Positions 60,733 through 64,000 of a DNA stretch of 64,000 nucleotides are shown here, one piece after another. This DNA is from Candidatus Poribacteria bacterium (lineage in GTDB: Bacteria > Poribacteria > WGA-4E > PCPOR2b), in NCBI GenBank assembly GCA_965218095.1, contig OZ244587.1, positions 5,568,001-5,632,000 on the forward strand, given 5' to 3'. Each line of letters opens with the position of its first letter. Position 1 is the stretch's first letter. The notes beneath the pieces are model-generated. The model made no database searches. It had not been told where the DNA came from and worked only from the letters and a program-made list of their open reading frames with translations. Both the position numbers and the translations under genes were made by a program.

Positions 60733-61350
60733 ATGTCATCCGTCGCTGTACAATCCCACCTGACACCAGAGGAGTACCTCGCTTTGGACCGCAAGGCGAC
60801 AACCAAAAGCGAATATCTCAACGGTCAGATTTACGCATGGTTGGCGTCAATTATTCTCACATTCACTCTTCTTATTGTATCTTCGTGCGGCTATAATGGC
60901 CCATTTCAACCAGTTAGTGGAGTAGAAAAAGAACGAATAAAGACGGAGTTGAAAGATCGGTCATTCCGTCAATTTGATCCTGACAAAGACGCGAGTCCGA
61001 GAAAAGGAGTTGTTCTGAGTTTCTTTGGGGGAATTAGTCTCTGGGCACAATATTCCGAAGGCCGTCAAGCGATTAACGAGTGGGAGATTTCCGCAAAAGA
61101 TTATCGTGTTGAAAAGGCGGGCGATGATTCGGAAATCAAAATTTATTTCAACGAACTGAGCTCGGCAGGAATACTTCCTACTCAGTGTAAAAATTGTATT
61201 CAAACTTCGGGATTCTCTATTTCAATCAGGGATGTTTTCGATAGCGAAAAGATATCCTTCAAGCTGAATAATCCTGATAACAGTTTGCCCTCACCGTTTC
61301 CTGTATTTAAATCGTGGACAAAATTTAAGGAGGATGAAATTTTCGATTAA
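60733..61350 (+). CDS. Chimeric ORF: Uma2 N-terminus fused to a lipoprotein-like cargo
   Basis: MSSVAVQSHLTPEEYLALDRKATTKSEYLNGQIYA followed by WLASIILTFTLLIVSSC (lipobox-like) and an AT-richer domain. Confidence 0.7.
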   Translation: MSSVAVQSHLTPEEYLALDRKATTKSEYLNGQIYAWLASIILTFTLLIVSSCGYNGPFQPVSGVEKERIKTELKDRSFRQFDPDKDASPRKGVVLSFFGGISLWAQYSEGRQAINEWEISAKDYRVEKAGDDSEIKIYFNELSSAGILPTQCKNCIQTSGFSISIRDVFDSEKISFKLNNPDNSLPSPFPVFKSWTKFKEDEIFD

Positions 61351-61363
61351 ATTGCCCAACTTT

Positions 61364-61660
61364 CACCTGACGCCGGAGGAGCACCTCGATTCGGAACACA
61401 AGGCGACGACCAAAAGCGAATATCTCGACCGTCAGATTTACGCGATGTCCGGTGCGAGTCGGAAGCATAATCTCATCGGAGGTAATATATTCGGTGGGCC
61501 TCATGTCCAAGTGAGGGATCGGGCTTGTGAAGTCTACGCCAACGACATGCGCGTGCAGGTCACCCCGATAGGGCTATACGCCTACCCGGATGTTGTTGTC
61601 TGTGATGAACCACGCTTCGAGGACACCAGCTTTGATACACTCCTCAATCCGCCGGTTCTT
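61364..61660 (+). pseudogene. Uma2 (DUF820) endonuclease fragment
   Basis: HLTPEEHL...KSEYL..QIYAMSGASRKHNLI...CEVYANDMRV...YPDVVVC...LLNP; no own start, truncated against the hmuV end. Confidence 0.85.
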
Positions 61661-62433
61661 GATGTGGAACCGGAAGAAAGAGGCACGACAACCAGTCGGC
61701 CGCTCGAATGTTGCATCACTTCAAAAGGCAAATCGTAGACCGCCTCCAACTGTTGCGGCGTAAAAATGAGTGTGGGTGTTCCAACGGCGACACGGTTTCC
61801 GTCACGCAACATAAGAACCTGCTCGGCATACATTGATGCTAGATTCAGGTCGTGAATCGCGGCAATGACCGTTTTTCCTGACTGTGCGATTGACCGGCAC
61901 AAACGGAGCATCTGGACCTGATGGCGAGGGTCAAGATGATTCGTCGGTTCGTCCAACAAAAACAGTCCCGGTTCTTGTGCGAGGATACGGGCAAGATCAA
62001 TGCGAGAAGCTTCCCCGCCCGATAGCGTCGGATAAAGGCGTTCAGAGAACATCTCGGCTTCCATCTGTTTCATCGCCTGCCGCGCAATTGCTAAATCCGC
62101 GGATGTCTCTTTCGCGCCGTTGAGGTGCGGATAGCGTCCGAGCAGGACAATCTCCAGTGCCCGGAATGGGAAGTTGACATCGCGTTTCTGTTGAAGATAG
62201 GCACGTTTTCGCGCTAATTCTTGTGGCGCGTATTCACCGATCGATTCACCAAAAAACCGGATTCGCCCGGTTGTCGGCGACAGTTCGCCGGAGATGAGGC
62301 GTAAAAGCGTTGATTTGCCCGCGCCGTTTGGTCCGATGAAGATCCAAAACTGACCGGCTTCGATTGTCAGGTCAATGTCGCGGACGAGCCACTTCTGGCC
62401 GATGCGATAACCGACCCGTTCCAGTTCAACCAT
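61582..62433 (-). CDS. hmuV: Heme/siderophore ABC transporter ATPase
   Basis: GPNGAGKSTLLRLISGE, LSGGE, LLDEPT..LD..HQ and HDLNLA; the C-terminus runs into the Uma2 remnant. Confidence 0.85.
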   Translation of the reverse strand: MVELERVGYRIGQKWLVRDIDLTIEAGQFWIFIGPNGAGKSTLLRLISGELSPTTGRIRFFGESIGEYAPQELARKRAYLQQKRDVNFPFRALEIVLLGRYPHLNGAKETSADLAIARQAMKQMEAEMFSERLYPTLSGGEASRIDLARILAQEPGLFLLDEPTNHLDPRHQVQMLRLCRSIAQSGKTVIAAIHDLNLASMYAEQVLMLRDGNRVAVGTPTLIFTPQQLEAVYDLPFEVMQHSSGRLVVVPLSSGSTSRTGGLRSVSKLVSSKRGSSQTTTSG

Positions 62434-63460
62434 ACAGCACCTCTTTCTTGAATCTCATCAATAGCCAGAGGAAAAACGGCCCCCCAAGCAACGCGGTGAC
62501 AACGCCAACAGGCAATTCGGCGGGGACGGCAACAGTTCAGGCAAAAAGATCTGCCAACACGAGCAGAATTGCGCCCCCCAACGCGGAGCCGGGCAACACA
62601 TACCGATGGTCGGCGCCGCCCATGAGGCGGAGCAGGTGCGGCACGACGAGTCCCACGAAACCGATGCCCCCCGCCGCCGACACGGCTGCGCCGACGGTCA
62701 ACGCGACGCCAAAGACCGCCCACCGCTTCAACGATTCGGTCGAAACACCGAGGTGATACGCTTCCGATTCGCCGAGGCTCATGGCGTTGAGGGCACGGGC
62801 GAGGCGAAACAACACAATCGCCCCGACGATTGCCACCGGAAGCGTCACGGCGACCACCCGCCACGTCGCCCCACCGAAGCCGCCGAGTAACCAGAAGGTG
62901 AGGCTCCGAAGTTGCTCTTCGTCCGCGAGGAAGGTCATCAAGCCGATGCCCGCGCCTGCGAAACTGTTGAGCGCGATTCCTGCCAACAACAAGGTCACTG
63001 TGAGGACTCGTCCTTGCATTTGAGCGATTTTCCAGACGCCGACTGTCACGAGGATACCACCTGTGAATGCCGCGATCGGTACGCCCCAGATTCCCAAAAA
63101 ACCGCTCCCGATGAGCACAATCCAGACCGCCGCGCCAAGTCCTGCACCCGCCGTTACGCCAATTAACCCCGGGTCGGCGAGGGGATTGCGGAAGATGCCC
63201 TGCAATGTCGCGCCGGAGATGGCTAAAACCGCCCCGACGATGGCTGACAATAGCACGCGGGGAAATCGGACGTAGATGAGCACCTCAAACCCGTCTTCGT
63301 GGAAAAGCAGGACGCGGGGGATGCGCCACGGCAGAATCTGATACGCTCCCACACCCGCCGCAACGCACAGCGAAATTGGGAGTAAACTGGCGAGGATGAG
63401 AAGAATTTTGGATCGATTTTGCACGGTTTGACTCCACTCCCCGATCGGCATCGGGGACAT
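62426..63460 (-). pseudogene. hmuU: FecCD/HmuU permease with an in-frame TGA near the 3' end
   Basis: RFPRV, FRNPLADPGLIGV and GFVGLVVPH. ADLFA*TVAVPAELPVGVVTALLGGPFF has TGA at 62537-62539 where Arg (ART motif) is usual. Confidence 0.85.
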
Positions 63461-63486
63461 GCTTGATCATCTCATCGCGATGAATA

Positions 63487-64000
63487 CTATTCACCCTTCG
63501 CAACAAAATGTCCTTCCGATTCATAGATGCCCCGAAACAGGTCGAGTGCCGCTCTGCCACAACGGGGACCGAATCCCGACAAGTACAATCCGTTTATCGC
63601 AATCACTCGTCGATTTCGCCCGGCAGGTGTCTGCGCCAAACCGGGGAGTTTGAGTAACCCTTCGACCCCGCCGATCGATTTCAACCCCGATTCAAACAGC
63701 ACGTACACCTCCGGCTGTGCGGCGATAACCGCTTCCGCTGTCATCGGTTTCGTGCCTTTGATTTTGCCCGCGGCATTCGTCGCACCCACAATCTCAATCA
63801 TCGCGCCCGGTGCTGAGTCTCTGCCGAGCACAAAGGCGGTTTGGGGGCCGCGCAGATAGAGGAACAATGCTTTCCGTTTCGACTGACCTTCCCGTGCGGC
63901 GCGTTTGGATTTCAACGTGTCGAACTGCTTTTCTAACGCTGAAATCAACGCTTCAGCGCGTTCTTGGCGACCGACCGCCTTAGAAATCGTGCGGAGACGC
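63487..64000 (-). CDS. hmuT: Heme ABC periplasmic binding protein, 5'-partial
   Basis: KPMTAEAVIAAQPEV, GLKSIGG, PGLAQTPAG and LSGFGPR. Confidence 0.82.
   Translation of the reverse strand, partial: RLRTISKAVGRQERAEALISALEKQFDTLKSKRAAREGQSKRKALFLYLRGPQTAFVLGRDSAPGAMIEIVGATNAAGKIKGTKPMTAEAVIAAQPEVYVLFESGLKSIGGVEGLLKLPGLAQTPAGRNRRVIAINGLYLSGFGPRCGRAALDLFRGIYESEGHFVAKGE

Noticed and set aside
7877-62539. Stop-codon reassignment explaining the in-frame stops
   Set aside because: The interrupting stops include TAG, TGA and TAA, all three also end normal genes, and frameshifts are common too. Pseudogenisation is the simpler explanation.
1-64000. tRNA, rRNA or prophage genes
   Set aside because: No cloverleaf, rRNA-like or phage structural signatures were noticed by eye; tRNAscan-SE and barrnap were not run.

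Overview
A bacterial genomic window that looks like Candidatus Poribacteria (sponge-symbiont type). This is inferred from the internalin-like LRR protein ending in a dockerin-like/LLPNYPNPFNPETWIPY tail, PhyH dioxygenase, giant ECF sigma fusion and PorV-like gene; it has not been verified. It holds housekeeping islands (rimI, dprA, ppx, scpB, coxMS-like, DUF62, BCCT plus porin, hmuTUV-like ABC). These are mixed with many secreted or surface proteins: a six-module LRR protein, three tandem C-type-lectin paralogs, two TonB-dependent receptors and a TonB/secreted protein/PorV-like set split by a ~10 kb island. There are three IS elements (two with clear target-site duplications), a solitary integron attC-like site, many REP/MITE-like repeats and about a dozen pseudogenes or toxin-antitoxin remnants. 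The most unusual observations are: framework-constant but surface-variable LRR and lectin families; an ECF sigma fusion that keeps a perfect internal RBS plus ATG; a ~210 bp collapsed hmuU/hmuV remnant present as inverted copies around a 10 kb segment; a lipoprotein gene captured between duplicated Uma2 5' ends; an unannotated 30-aa membrane peptide gene between hairpins; and a candidate SOS-like operator in a leaderless promoter. No rRNA, tRNA, CRISPR array, integrase or reverse transcriptase was seen. All calls are by eye and no searches were run.
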